Origin: Octopus bimaculoides
Taxonomy: Eukaryota
NCBI RefSeq assembly: GCF_001194135.2
Contig: NC_068989.1
Location: 62,945,444 to 62,999,579 of the forward strand
DNA length: 54,136 bases
Direction of reading: 5' to 3'
In this document: positions 24,299 to 37,457 of the stretch, in pieces
How the letters are laid out: the number at the start of each line of letters is the position of its first letter
Numbering within the stretch: position 1 is the first letter of the stretch
Translations under genes and position numbers: made by a program
Notes under the pieces: model-generated
What the model saw: the letters and a program-made list of their open reading frames with translations, nothing else
Database searches by the model: none
What the model was told of the DNA's origin: nothing

Positions 24299-24668
24299 TA
24301 CGGTTGGCCGCTGCTTTGTATTTGTAGAAATGTGACTCCATATCCCACCCAGAGACCTCAAAAGACAACAAGTTAGAAATTCATGTTGGTGTTATGATTA
24401 GGGTGCCATCTTTTTGGTTTTGTACTGAGTATTGTTCTAGAGAATGTTTGTCAAGACATAAAAAAATTAGAAGTTTGTTTTAAATATAATTTAATTATGA
24501 GGTTATACTGTGATGTTAAGATGAAGTAACAGGTGTTTGCTATTGTGTACTGTTGAAAGTACTTTCGACAATGTTTACAGATTAAAATGTTTTGTGGACT
24601 ATACAGACAATATATTTCTTAGGATATGAACACTATTTATTTATTCCATATTTGGATTTAATGGTTGT
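24299..24668 (-). mobile_element. R4/Dong-clade LINE 3' end (subfamily 4)
   Basis: Minus strand gives PNME*...HILRNILSV* near 24601-24660, then a distinct 3' UTR ('ttttgaggtctctgggtgggatatggag') ending at a trinucleotide array. Confidence 0.6.
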
Positions 24669-24699
24669 TATTATTACTATTATCATCATCATTATTATT

Positions 24700-26958
24700 C
24701 AGTAGTCTCAATTTCATCACGTGCTTTCACTGCACTACCGAGTGCATCTCTGTGTGTTTTGGGTATGTGCTGTGGTTTGTTGTGGTGCACCTAATTTCAC
24801 TGTATTGAAAGTAGTTTACGCAGGATGTGTGCGGTGCCTATAAGTGCTATCTTTTGTATGCTATATATAGTTATATGTAATATAAGATACAGAAGTGCTA
24901 TTTTTTGTATGTTATATATACATATATATATTTGTAAGTCGTGGTATTTTTATTATGTATTTGTCTGAATGCTGTTTTTATTATCATACCTAATGCGCCT
25001 ACTATAATAGGAAATGTTTATGTTTTTAGGCTCTATATTCGAGTTACCTCTATTTCCAGATCTTTGTATTTTGAAAGTTTCTCCGTTTCTTTAGAAAACG
25101 TTGTCATTTGCTAGTATTGATGCATCGATTAGAAACCATTTTTTACCCTTTCTGATTTCTGTCAACTATATCCGCCTATTAGCTTTGATTTCTCTTTTTT
25201 TTTTTTGTCTGTGTGTATTGGTATATCCCAAAATATGGTTGCTTTCTCATTTTCTGTGATTGTTTCTGGGGTAAGCCTCTACCATCTTTTTTCTGTTGAT
25301 ATTCGATAGCGCAGGCATAGCTTCCAGTGTATATAGATCCCAACTTTATCGTGTGAATATATTCCTTTTTTATCCAGGACTGTGCAACCAGCGAGAATAC
25401 GATTTATTGCTTATTCTCCATCAACAATTATTCTGCAGTTACTTGTATTTCTTTTCAATATGTGTTTTTGGTGATTACTGGTAGTAAGGCTTTGATCTTG
25501 TAATTATAAATCCTTCAGTATCTGCTCTGAGTCCTGAGCTTCTCAGCCATTGTTGGGATTTTGATTTGTTTATTTCTCTTTCATTTGGCTTAGCCCAATA
25601 TTTGCCGTGTAAGGACGTTTTCTTGACATCGTGTTATCATGGTCCATGGCTGTTCCAGTTTTAGTTGCGATTTTACTTGTTTCACAGCTTTTGTTGTTTC
25701 TTTTTTTCTTCGTAGTTGTTAGTTACTATGACTTCTTTTTTGTATTTGTCAGCTTCCTTAAAGATAGAAAACAGTTTGTTTTGTTTTTTCCTGTTTTGTG
25801 GCTATTTGTATGAGCTTTTCTTAATTCTGAAGCAGGTACTTCTGTAATTCTATGGTGGTTATTTGTAACAGTTTTCTAGATGTGTAAGGCCTCTGCTTTC
25901 TATGTATTACCTTTCTACATACCGTTGTATGTATTACGTTTCTACGTCAGATTTTGGGTTGTGCATCCTAAAACCTCTCATTATCTATTTTGATTAGTTC
26001 ATTTAGAGTCCAGTTAAGAATATTATTGCTGCAACTTATAACTGGGACGGCTAGAGTGTAGACACCTATTATCTTGTTTTTCGCATTCAGCTCTGTTTTC
26101 AGTATTAACCTAACTCGTCTATAGTATTCCTTTTTTTTATCTTTTGTTTCATTTCTGTGTCTTGTATCGTATCTAATTCATTTATTCCTAAGTGTTTGTA
26201 TGTTTGGCTTTGGGTTAATTCTATTATTTCTTTTATTTTATCCAGTGCGAAGTTGTTACTCTTAACTAGTTTTCCTCTTTTCAAGGTTGCTTTCGCACAT
26301 TTTTCGCAACCAAATTTCATGTTTATTTATTTGGTAAGTCCATGTACTGCCTGTAGTAATGTTTCCAACTATTTATCACTTGCAGCATGCAGTTTTAAAT
26401 TACATATATACAAGAGATGGTTGAGTGTTTTGCCGTATGAGTTGTATTCACATCCAGTTTTGTTTAGCATGTCAGATAAAGATTTCACTGCAAAGCAGAA
26501 AAAGAAGTGGAGAGAGCGTGTGTCTTTGGAATATTCCTCTGCTAATGGGAATGGCTTTGGCTTTTATGAGTCCCTCTTTTGTCCGAAACTGTAACATTGT
26601 TTGATACTTATTCATGAAATGTTTTATATGTTTTATGATTATGGGTGCTACCTTGTTCATGGCTAGTGTTTCTAGAATTCATGCGTGGGGAATACTATCA
26701 AAAATCTTTCGATAATCGATCCAAGCTATACTCATACCCGTCTTTTTCCTAATGACTGTCTTCAGTTACGGCTTTATTGATCAATAACTGATTTTTACAT
26801 CTGTATCAGCCCTTGTAACACCACTTCTGCACTTCTGGAAACAGTGTTTTTCTTCCAGATTTTCGCCCATTCTCCGCGATATTATTGCAGGAAAGCTTTG
26901 TAAATTGTAGGGTGACATGTTAGTAGTCTGTAATTTTGTGGGTTTGCCGTTTAAGTGG
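24700..26958 (-). pseudogene. R4/Dong-clade LINE (subfamily 2), 5'-truncated RT-RLE pseudogene
   Basis: RT motifs are in order on the minus strand: KNQLLINK, SIAWIDYRKIFDSIPH, RGIFQRHTLSPLLF, LNHLLYICNLKLHA (YMDD degenerated to YICN at 26399-26410), MKFGCEKCAK, YKHLG. The RHDKVG..IHWKLC region and the RLE endonuclease (KLSKYKDLEIEVTR..PIIVGALG) follow. Many stops and frameshifts. (ATT)n-type arrays flank both ends. Confidence 0.92.
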
Positions 26959-26985
26959 ATTATTATTATTATTATGATAATTGTG

Positions 26986-27057
<72 letters not shown>
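26959..27057. repeat. (ATT)n microsatellite
   Basis: Direct inspection. Confidence 0.95.
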
Positions 27058-27060
<3 letters not shown>

Positions 27061-27765
27061 TAGTTTTATTTTTATAACGTGCTTTCACTTCACTACCGAG
27101 CGCAGCTCTGTGCGCCTTGGTTATGTGCTGTAGTTTGCTGTGATGCTCTTATGGTTACTGTATTGAAAGTGTTTTGCGTAGCATGTGTGTAGTGCCCAGT
27201 ANNNNNNNNNNGTGCAATTTTCTGTATGTTATATATATCTGTAAGTCCTGGTGTTTTTGTTATGTATTTGTCTGAATATTTTTTTTATTATACTTAAGGC
27301 ACCTACTATGATAGGAATTGTTTCTGTTTTTAGATTCCACATTCGAGTTATCTCTATTTCCAGGTCTTTGCATTTTGAAAGTTTCTCCATTTCTTTTAGG
27401 TAAACGTTGTTATCTGCTGGCATTGATACATTAAATAGAAAGCATTTTTTTCTTGATGATCTTTGACAACGATATCTAGGCTATTGGCCTTAATTTTTCT
27501 ATCTGTGTGTATTGGCATATCCCAGAGTATGGTTGCTTTCTCATTTTCTGTGACCTTTTCTTGCGTGTGTTTATACCATCTTTTTTTCTGTTGTTATTCC
27601 ATAGTGTTAGCATAGCTTCCAGTGTATATAGGTCCCAGCTCTGTCGTGTTTGTGAATATATTCCTTCTTAGCCAGAACTGGGCAGTCAGAGATAATATGA
27701 TTTATTGTTTCTTGTCCATCGCCACATATTCTGCAGTTACTTGTTATGTTTCTTTTCACGGCCGT
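27058..27765 (-). mobile_element. R4/Dong-clade LINE (subfamily 2), 5'-truncated copy with zinc knuckle and RLE
   Basis: ORF 27607-27849 contains CRICGDGQETINHIISDCPVLAKKEYIHKHDRAGTYIHWKLC (intact CCHC). ORF 27229-27423 contains KEMEKLSKCKDLEIEITRMWNLKTETIPIIVGAL. Confidence 0.92.
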
Positions 27766-27949
27766 TTTTCTATCCGTGTCGCAGCAGCAACAAAGTCTAT
27801 CCACCACGCTCCTCGGCCCATCATCACTACCAACAGGTTCTGGATACATTCCAGGCTAGTGTTTGCAATCAAATTGTCAATGCAGCTGGTCTAATCGATT
27901 TACATCAAACTTACAGCAGAATCCTCCTACCTCAACATGTCAACTGGTG

Positions 27950-28400
27950 CTTTGAGCAGTACTCTCTACTGCACCTTTGCTGAGCCCCTTACATACAAAA
28001 GCACCACTCACAGCTGCATATAAAGTCAGTAAAACCCGGTGGCATCCCCAAGTATAAAAATTCTGAACTTGAAAGTGTCACTTTTATTACGATTAGTATT
28101 CAATGAGATTTCTTCCACATACGCAGAACTCAGCTTTCTTACTCGTTCCATTTTATTATTGATTTCTTGTGTAGATCAATTTGTATTCAACTTCGAAATA
28201 GTACACTCTTTTGTCTTATGAGACTTATTTCTAATGTCACAAATTTTAGTTATACAGCCTAAATCATTTAATTTATTTCTCGCTCTACCTATGTACCGGT
28301 CTACTTATCCATGTAGTTAGGCTCCTGTAAATTTACAGCTAATGGAAGCTTACATTCTCACACAACTTACAAGTGCGTTCCCACTTACGAAACATTTACT
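27950..28400 (-). mobile_element. Possible decayed LINE ORF1 (RRM-like, CR1/L2 type) remnant
   Basis: Minus strand gives FTGA*..VDRYIGR...KSDTFKFRIFI...SGAFVCK, reminiscent of ORF1 C-termini ('FKV.I...WP.GAFV.KF'). This is a weak, by-eye resemblance. Confidence 0.3.
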
Positions 28401-28934
28401 AAAAATAATAACTTTGCTATCGTCACATGTAACACTTGTCACTCTGTGCAGCCAAAACTGCTAGCCTAAGGCTTCTGTTTCTCACCCATTTTTTCAGCGG
28501 CAATTTCTTTCAATATTTCATTATACGTACACGTAATGATGCAGCGACCATTGACATCATTTTGTTAGCTATATACTGCCCAAAGAAGCATATGAGAGCT
28601 CACACTTCCATTCTCAAATACTAAACACGTACTAGATCTTACCAAAAGAACTCAAAAGCAAAAGATAATCCAAAATTATTTCCTAATCTTCCTAAGTGTA
28701 GAGCATACTGATTCGAAACTCAATGGTGTATACTAAATGGTTTATGCTAAATCTGTTTTGACTCCCTAAAATAGTTTCCGGAAACGTCTTCCAATTTAGC
28801 ATAATAATTTTACTGATTCCCACAGTGGAGCACATTCCCTGCGCTTACTAATTTTTGGTTATACATATTTTGGTTAGCCATTTTCCTTCCATCATGGTGA
28901 TGTAAAATTTATGTGTCAATTACATAGATATATA

Positions 28935-29007
<73 letters not shown>

Positions 29008-30394
29008 TGCAAAGTGGAAGTGAGAATCAAATAGGTTATATAGTTAATTCTTTAGAATTAGGTGATAATATTTTAGTATATGTGATTATTTGAATGCTTA
29101 GACCTAGAGTGTACTAAACGTCAATTTGAAGGAATTCTATAACCGGATATATAGCCGAATGTTTTGGCATACAATTAGATTTATGATCGATATTATAAAT
29201 AATCCGAGTGATAAATGCAGGTGAAATGCAATAAAGTTAGATGAATCTGGTTTAATTGCATTTTTACTGTTTGTATAATTTTTTTTAATTGTGGTTAACT
29301 AATTCATAGAATATTTATGATGGTTGATTAGGTGAAAGAGAAGTTAATTAGGGTTATGTTTGTCGATGAATAAAATACTGTTCAAATGTAGGGCACCTAA
29401 ACTACGAAATGGGCGTGGAATGAAAGTGTTTTTTTTATAAATGCACTTGATAGACGTAGCAGAGGCATTGTAAGTATAAAGTGTGTTGTGAAATCTTATG
29501 TTACAACCATCAAAATGGTAAGTAATGTAATAGTAAGTATATATTTGATATAGTTCGGTAGCTATAATTAGATGATTTAAAGTTACAAATAGAGATTTCA
29601 ATTGACAAAGTTATTTTAGTGTTTAGATATGTATTTTTAGTCTATGTATTCAGAAATATTTGAGTTTTGTATATTTTCAAATAGCTCTATTAGCTTATGC
29701 GACCATATATTCTATAAGCTGTAACTTTCATTGTAACTTATTATTCATTGGTAACTTATTAATTCTGCATACCTTAATTCGTTATATCGCGGTAGGAAAT
29801 GCCTTATTAATATAACTGCTACAAAGTTTTGTTCGAACAAATTGTGTCATATTTTCACATCCAAAATATGTCACAATAAAGTACTCTTCGTCTCACCAAA
29901 ATGCACTTATCTGGGTTTCAATAATTTTGGTTTCTTTACTGTAGTTACCCCCAGTTTTGCAGACTTATTGCTTTACAGGAACTCTTAGTGTACCATGGGC
30001 TTCCGTAAAGCAAAATCTATTTACCTTAGATTTCCATCCATCCTTTACTATTGCTACTGTATATATTAATAAAGGAAGTAGATTTCATTTATATTAGTAC
30101 TGAGTTAATTTTTTTGCCCTTAGAGAACCGACAAAAGAGATCTATTTATATTTTTAGTTGCATTCATTAATCATTTACAAATAAGCTTCTTACGGCACTC
30201 TGCAGTTATTGTACAAAGAAATAATTAGCAACAAATTTATATTCCTTTAGTTCTATATTTTGTCTAAGACAAGTATAGGTCAATCATTTGTTTTATATGT
30301 ACACATGCACATGTGCTTGTGCTTGTCCATATGTGTGTATAAACCTCTCTCGTTCTCTTTCTTTCCCCCGCTTTCTCTCTCTATTTCTTTCTCG

Positions 30395-30456
<62 letters not shown>

Positions 30457-30924
30457 ACGCACACACACATGCACACATGCGTGTGTGAGTTTTTGCATGT
30501 GTGTGTTTGTGCGTGTGTGTGAATATCTGCGCGCGCGCGCGTTTATTACAGTATTATTCTGATTAAATTCACATTATATTCCAGTCCGGCACGCGTTTCC
30601 GCTGGATAAGTGTCCTAATGTCATTTGATGCGCTATTCATGAATATTTAGTTAGTTCAGTTGCAATCAAGCTGATAGAAGTGCACACAAGTTGACCTAGT
30701 ACTGTACTAAGATATTTAACAAGTTCACAATAAACCTCATATCTCTTTATTTTTCTCTTTACTTTTTAGAATTTAAGTGAAAAGCTTTTAAGTGAAAAGC
30801 TTTTAAGTGTAAAGATTTGATGACACCAAGTTTATGACACTAGGTTTAAAATCTTAGTGTACGTGATACTAGACATCCCTTTGAAATACAATATTGCAAA
30901 AATGTTGATATCATTTAAGTATTC

Positions 30925-31370
30925 TTTTATTTGTTTCAATCACCGCCTTTTAGTCAAAGAAATCGCCCTCTGGAATAATTCTTTGTAAGCCTGGTACTCA
31001 TTTTATCGGGTCTTTTGCCAAACAGATTCATACTCACAAACACACACACNNNNNNNNNNNNNNNNNNNNNNNNNNNNNNNNNNNNNNNNNNNNNNNNNNN
31101 NNNNNNNNNNNNNNNNNNNNNNNNNNNNNNNNNNNNNNNNNNNNNNNNNNNNNNNNNNNNNNNNNNNNNNNNNNNNNNNNNNNNNNNNNNNNNNNNNNNN
31201 NNNTATATATATACGACGAGCTTCTCCAAATCCACTCACAAGTCTTTAGGTCAACCCGAGGCTGTAGTAGAAGACACTTGCCGAAGGTCCCTCACCGTGG
31301 ATCTGAAACGCGAATTATGCGGTTGGGAAACAAGCTTCTTATCAAACTGGCACGCCTGCGCTTGCGCCTA
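30925..31370 (-). mobile_element. SINE family C copy spanning an N-gap at its internal microsatellite
   Basis: The 3' part 'ttctttgtaagcctggtactcattttatcgggtcttttgcc' lies before the gap. The head 'ccaaatccactcacaag...gtagaagacacttgccgaagg...gcgcct' lies after it. Confidence 0.8.
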
Positions 31371-31852
31371 AGAAGGAAAATCTAACACTGAATTTTCCAG
31401 TTTGGTACACCCACCGCTATGAGTAAAATCTTAAACAAGGATGCATAAGATTGTCTCTCCTGGATGAATATAAACTGCAACTGAACAAAGTTAATGTGCA
31501 TAAAAGTGACACCAAAAGGCATTAGATCACTTATGCAACAGAAAAACGGGTCGCATTGTTAGCCAATATGAATTTACTGAGAATAATGTTGTTAAAACAA
31601 GTAGATTTGAAGACCTTTAAATCTCCATTTTTCTTTATCATGTTTTGATTATATACCGTGTATGGCGTATAAAACTCAGTATTTACCTATTGAATAAATT
31701 ATCGCGTAATTTTTTATCCACAATAATTCTATGTGTTCCCTATTATTTGACGTGGTGAGCTAGAACTGGTACTATATCGGAATGCTAATAAGTTACCTCT
31801 CGAGAATCCAAAATCACTGTTCTTATGCGTAATAACTATATATATATATATA

Positions 31853-32327
31853 TATATGTAAATATATAAAAACAAAAGGATAAAGAGAGCAAAGGTAAGG
31901 TTGAAGAATTTTATGGATAGAGTCTTACAGCTGTTTCTGGGAAGATCCAGTATTTCCCTTCATCGGAGACAGAAAAAATAAAGTAATCTATTATTATATC
32001 CATAGGCGGATATTTTAAGTATGAAGTGGTAAAGAGTGTGATGTGCTGAAAAAAGAGAGAACAGTGGTAAATATCCGTGTAGAAATCCGTGCAAAGTAAT
32101 CCTACACTTCAAGTATTGTTCTCTCTTTTTTCAGCACATCACACTCCTTACCACTTCATACTAAAAATATCCCCCTATGGATATAATAATAGATTACTTT
32201 ATTTTTTCTGTCTCCGATGAAGGGAAGTACTGGATCTTCCCAGAAACAGCTGTAAGACTCTATCCATAAAATTCTTCAACCTTACCTTTGCTCTCTTTAT
32301 CTTTTTGTTTTTATATATTTACATATA
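31853..32327. repeat. Long inverted repeat: 211-bp arms (31853-32063 and 32117-32327), 53-bp spacer; Penelope-terminal-repeat-like
   Basis: The arms are reverse complements with 5 mismatches counted by eye and no indels. The left arm abuts (TA)n. Confidence 0.95.
32210..32258 (+). ncRNA. Minimal type I hammerhead-like motif (variant core), mirrored on the minus strand at 31922-31970
   Basis: GUCU-CCGAUGA-A-GGGAAG(UACUGGAU)CUUCCC-A-GAAA-CAGCUG-U-A-AGAC: 4-bp stem I, 6-bp stem II and palindromic ACAGCUGU stem III. It deviates from the canonical core by U4>C and an A.A pair at the base of stem II. Confidence 0.65.
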
Positions 32328-32551
32328 CACACGCTAATACACGACTTATAATACCCTATCCTGTTCATACAACGACTGAGGCAAACTAATCGGTATACAG
32401 GACTTACTCGGTATTACCTGTATCCTCCTGGGTTTGGTTAAATCCAATACCNNNNNNNNNNNNNNNNNNNNNNNNNNNNNNNNNNNNNNNNNNNNNNNNN
32501 NNNNNNNNNNNNNNNNNNNNNNNNNNNNNNNNNNNNNNNNNNNNNNNNNNN

Positions 32552-32591
<40 letters not shown>

Positions 32592-33056
32592 ACCAACCTA
32601 TCTATCTATCTATTTGTCTGTCTGCCTTTCTTGCTCTCTCTCAATTTGTGTGTCTGTATGCTGTATGTGTGAGTGTGTGTGTTTGTGTGCGTGTATGTAT
32701 GTATACATATAAAAATTGCTTCTAAGGGTAAGTGGTTGTAAATATATCTAAGATAATACACAAAGTTGTACATGACTGGAACTGATATGTTATGAAACAG
32801 CAACGCAGTACATTCTGTCTTAGTCGGTAAGTATATCGCAAATGCGTGTTGTTTTAGAAATACAAGGGAATATGGGGAAAAACCTTTTATGTGAGTATCA
32901 TGGAAAAAAATAAAAGGCTTATGGAAAATAACTAATGATATACTGCGGAAATATGTGCCTCATATAACACATCACGGGAAATAATTTGTGAACCAGTAGC
33001 CCTATGTGAACACTTTACGACACATATGTCTTAGAAGATCGAATATAAAACAATGC

Positions 33057-33408
33057 GATCTATCAAAGTGAATGGCATTCAAGATTAAGGAAAATTTCAA
33101 GGGTTTTGATGTAAAGCTCTTACAAAAGATGTCAATCGATACTTACAGCGTCGCTTCTAAACTCAATAGTACAGTGGGTGAAAAATGGCAATAAAACCCA
33201 TATCATGTGAGCCATGACAATTTGATAGCAACTGAAATACCAAACATTCGTTGAGAAACATCACTGAAAGGAAAGTTAAGGTTCGGAGACAATAACAGTA
33301 ATAAATCTCAAATAATTTATGTTTTCGTACATTGGACAGCACTGCCACAAGTTTCAAAGGCGATCAATTGAAAACATATTCTCACTTTGATCTTTGAAAA
33401 ATAAAACC
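33057..33408 (+). repeat. Diverged non-coding direct repeat, copy 1 (paralog at 45948-46300)
   Basis: Shared collinear blocks include gatctatcaaag, ttcaagattaag, aatttcaagggttttga, tcaatcgat, gacaatttgatag, cagtaataaatctc and gaaaacatattc.cactttgatct. Confidence 0.85.
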
Positions 33409-33441
33409 TTTACATTTTCACATACACACCCACACACGCAG

Positions 33442-33486
<45 letters not shown>

Positions 33487-33739
33487 AGCAAACACTCACA
33501 CACGTACACTCACACAACCATACATACGACCTGGTCACTAAGGAAATAATTTAGTTTCGTTTTTCTTCTGACATATGAGAGATAGACGCAAATACATATA
33601 CACACAAATATCTGTGCACCTATGCTTATACGCACGGATATTTACATATATGAGTGTATATATGCATGCATGTATGTATGTATATGCACTTACGCAGATA
33701 TATATATAATTGTAACAAATATATGTATTTTGTGTTTAC

Positions 33740-33800
<61 letters not shown>

Positions 33801-34137
33801 NNNNNNNNNNNNNNNNNNNNNNNNNNNNNNNNNNNNNNNNNNNNNNNNNNNNNNNNNNNNNNNNNNNNNNNNNNNNNNNNNNNNNNNNNNNNNNNNNNNN
33901 NNNNNNNNNNNNNNNNNNNNNNNNNNNNNNNNNNNNNNNNNNNNNNNNNNNNNNNNNNNNNNNNNNNNNNNNNNNNNNNNNNNNNNNNNNNNNNNNNNNN
34001 NNNNNNNNNNNNNNNNNNNNNNNNNNNNNNNNNNNNNNNNNNNNNNNNNNNNNNNNNNNNNNNNNNNNNNNNNNNNNNNNNNNNNNNNNNNNNNNNNNNN
34101 NNNNNNNNNNNNNNNNNNNNNNNNNNNNNNNNNNNNN

Positions 34138-34192
<55 letters not shown>

Positions 34193-34528
34193 ATGTATAT
34201 ATGTACTATGAATGTATGATGCGTTTCTATGAATGTGTGCACATATATATATACATTTCTTTCCCTATACATATACGCACACACACATACGTACACTTAA
34301 CTCTTTACAAAATGTACACCACACATATTAGAGCCAATATGCATATGCATGAGTACACTGGTGCGATGATAAATACATTAGAATACAGAGATGTCTGTTA
34401 TCTCATAGTACAATGGGATATTTTTGAAAATATCGATATGTTGCACCGGATTCTTTTTTTTTTTCACTTCATTAAAGTACCTTACTAGTGTGCACAAACA
34501 AAGCGATAGAGGTATATANNNNNNNNNN

Positions 34529-34565
<37 letters not shown>

Positions 34566-37126
34566 GAATGTGCGTGTGTACATGTGTGCATGTGTGTATG
34601 TGCGTGTGTGTATATATATGTATATACACATGCATACGTACATAATATACATGTATATATATACACATATATATATATTTTTTTATATTACGTTAATTTA
34701 TAAACATGTAAACATAAATACAAATATACACAGGCAAAAACACACATATACTATATATATACATATATTTTATATATATATATATATATATATNNNNNNN
34801 NNNNNNNNNNNNNNNNNNNNNNNNNNNNNNNNNNNNNNNNNNNNNNNNNNNNNNNNNNNNNNNNNNNNNNNNNNNNNNNNNNNNNNNNNNNNNNNNNNNN
34901 NNNNNNNNNNNNNNNNNNNNNNNNNNNNNNNNNNNNNNNNNNNNNNNNNNNNNNNNNNNNNNNNNNNNNNNNNNNNNNNNNNNNNNNNNNNNNNNNNNNN
35001 NNNNNNNNNNNNNNNNNNNNNNNNNNNNNNNNNNNNNNNNNNNNNNNNNNNNNNNNNNNNNNNNNNNNNNNNNNNNNNNNNNNNNNNNNNNNNNNNNNNN
35101 NNNNNNNNNNNNNNNNNNNNNNNNNNNNNNNNNNNNNNNNNNNNNNNNNNNNNNNNNNNNNNNNNNNNNNNNNNNNNNNNNNNNNNNNNNNNNNNNNNNN
35201 NNNNNNNNNNNNNNNNNNNNNNNNNNNNNNNNNNNNNNNNNNNNNNNNNNNNNNNNNNNNNNNNNNNTATATACTCACACACATATACACTAACTACATA
35301 GCATAAGTTAAGATATATGAGTGCGTGCGTATATGTTTGCGTGTGTGTGTGTGTGTTGTGTGTGGAAAGTACATGCTTATATCGAGGGTTAATTCCCATC
35401 CCACCACATGTGAATGGTAACCCTTTGCATTGCTCACCAGCCCCTTGCGTTTTAAAGTACTCTTTCACCGTCTCTCGTACATTTGTTCAATTAATCTTAC
35501 CAAAGCCTAATGAAGTCTATGTACTTGCTGACTGTTAGTGCCATCTATCTAAACGAAGAATTGAACCTAAAATTACAGATCATAAGCGTACATAAATATT
35601 GTCTGTTCTTTTAGAACACCCACGTTTAGGTGGCGATAAACATTAGTTCTCAGCATGAACACTCTTTCATCTCTAATAGAGATGTTCTTAATGAACTAGT
35701 TTGCTGGTAGAAAAACTAATGGCGGCGTGACACTATTTTTCGATATATTTCAAGCTGGGAGTAAAACTAGTGCTATGTCTAGCAGATGGGGATGCATCAC
35801 TGAGGATGATCAAATTATGATCGAAGTCACGTGATATGGTGATCTCCGAGATAGAACAGTATGAGTTCTCTCCTTGCAATATATATCGAGTGCAAAGCGC
35901 ACTGCATACTCAGCTGGAATAAGCATCCTCGTGGGGTTAAAATATCATTATCGTTTGTTCTTATGGAACACCTACGTTTATGCGGTTATAAACATTACTA
36001 CATATACATACGAATTTGTTTATATATATGTATTTTTGTGTGTTCTTATGTGCGTGTGTGTGCGCGCGTGTATGTGTGCGTGTGTGTGTGCGCGTGTGTG
36101 TTGGTGTCAGTGTCTCTGAGTAATGCAATAAACAGAGGACTTAAATGTAACCTAATATAAGTATCATTATTGGAAATCGGATGTATTTGTATAGCATGAT
36201 GTGCGCTTTCCTGCAATCATTCATATCAAGAATGATAATGTTCTGGACCCGACCGATTGCAGAATAGTACACGGCACCCTATATACGCTGGTGTTATTAC
36301 TATACAATACGAGCATCAAACGTTTGTTAGTTCACATGTAAATCATGGGTATATTAAATCATAATTATATCTCACTGGATGGAGTCATTTTGTGTTGATT
36401 TTCCCAATGCGACGAATGTCTAATTGAGACACGTTAGTTCCTTTGTCCCACTGTACATTTCTCTCCAGTGTAGTCTTCTATATTAGTACGTATGCTGGAA
36501 ACGTAAAAGACGTCTAGCTTTTGGTGAGCGTGAACATCATATGGTATTGTGCTGCATAAGAGCACTCGTGCTGCTATCGTCTACGCGCATCGAAACAGAC
36601 AGCTCACGTGACTTCGCCTCTCCCTGAACTTGTCATTGAGGGACGTCCGGTTAAACATAGCAGTCGATTCTCTCGTCGATATATTGAATCACAGTGTCTA
36701 TTCAGGACCTGGTGACCGAAAGATTCAATGGGCTTATTAAAAAATAATTAATACCGGCAGAAGCAGTATTACTATATCAAAAGATAATATCTATATCCCC
36801 CTTAAAGACTCAGATATGTTACATCACAAAATATTGCGTCATTTATCGTGAGAGGACCTCTTATATAGATGTGTCCATAAAAGCACTCGTGTTTCTATCG
36901 CTGACCGGCGAAGACTACCCGCTGCCTAAAAAAGATGAAGACCCATCGATTTGATAGCGGCTGTAGAATAAATAGAAAGGGAATACAAATCGCATCCGTG
37001 AACTGTAAATTCTCAATCAAAACATGACGCCACCGTAGGTGCAGACTGACATCTTAGGTCCAGATGGTATTTTATATACAAATATTTCAACACGTACACA
37101 CACGCATACACATACAAACACACACT

Positions 37127-37190
<64 letters not shown>

Positions 37191-37411
37191 AATACATCGA
37201 GGTTATATGTATACACTAGACTAGAAGATGTCAAACGATATTGTGCTTACACTTATTTAGACTTATGTGGCATCCTTAAGTTGTCCCATTTTATAGATGC
37301 AAATATCAAAGATACTCTGCAATTCCAGGGTTTTATGTAATGTATTCGTAATAAATACATCACTCTCAGTACATTTTCAATTTCTTTTCATTCATATATA
37401 TATATATTTCA

Positions 37412-37457
<46 letters not shown>

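Noticed and set aside
30772-30847. Short tandem 15-bp and 14-bp repeats
   Set aside because: Two to three copies in AT-rich DNA, consistent with ordinary slippage. Not a CRISPR array, since there are no spacers.
36555-36577. Minus-strand TAGCAGCACG matching the miR-15/16 5' end
   Set aside because: No pre-miRNA-length hairpin surrounds it, and a 10-nt match is expected by chance.
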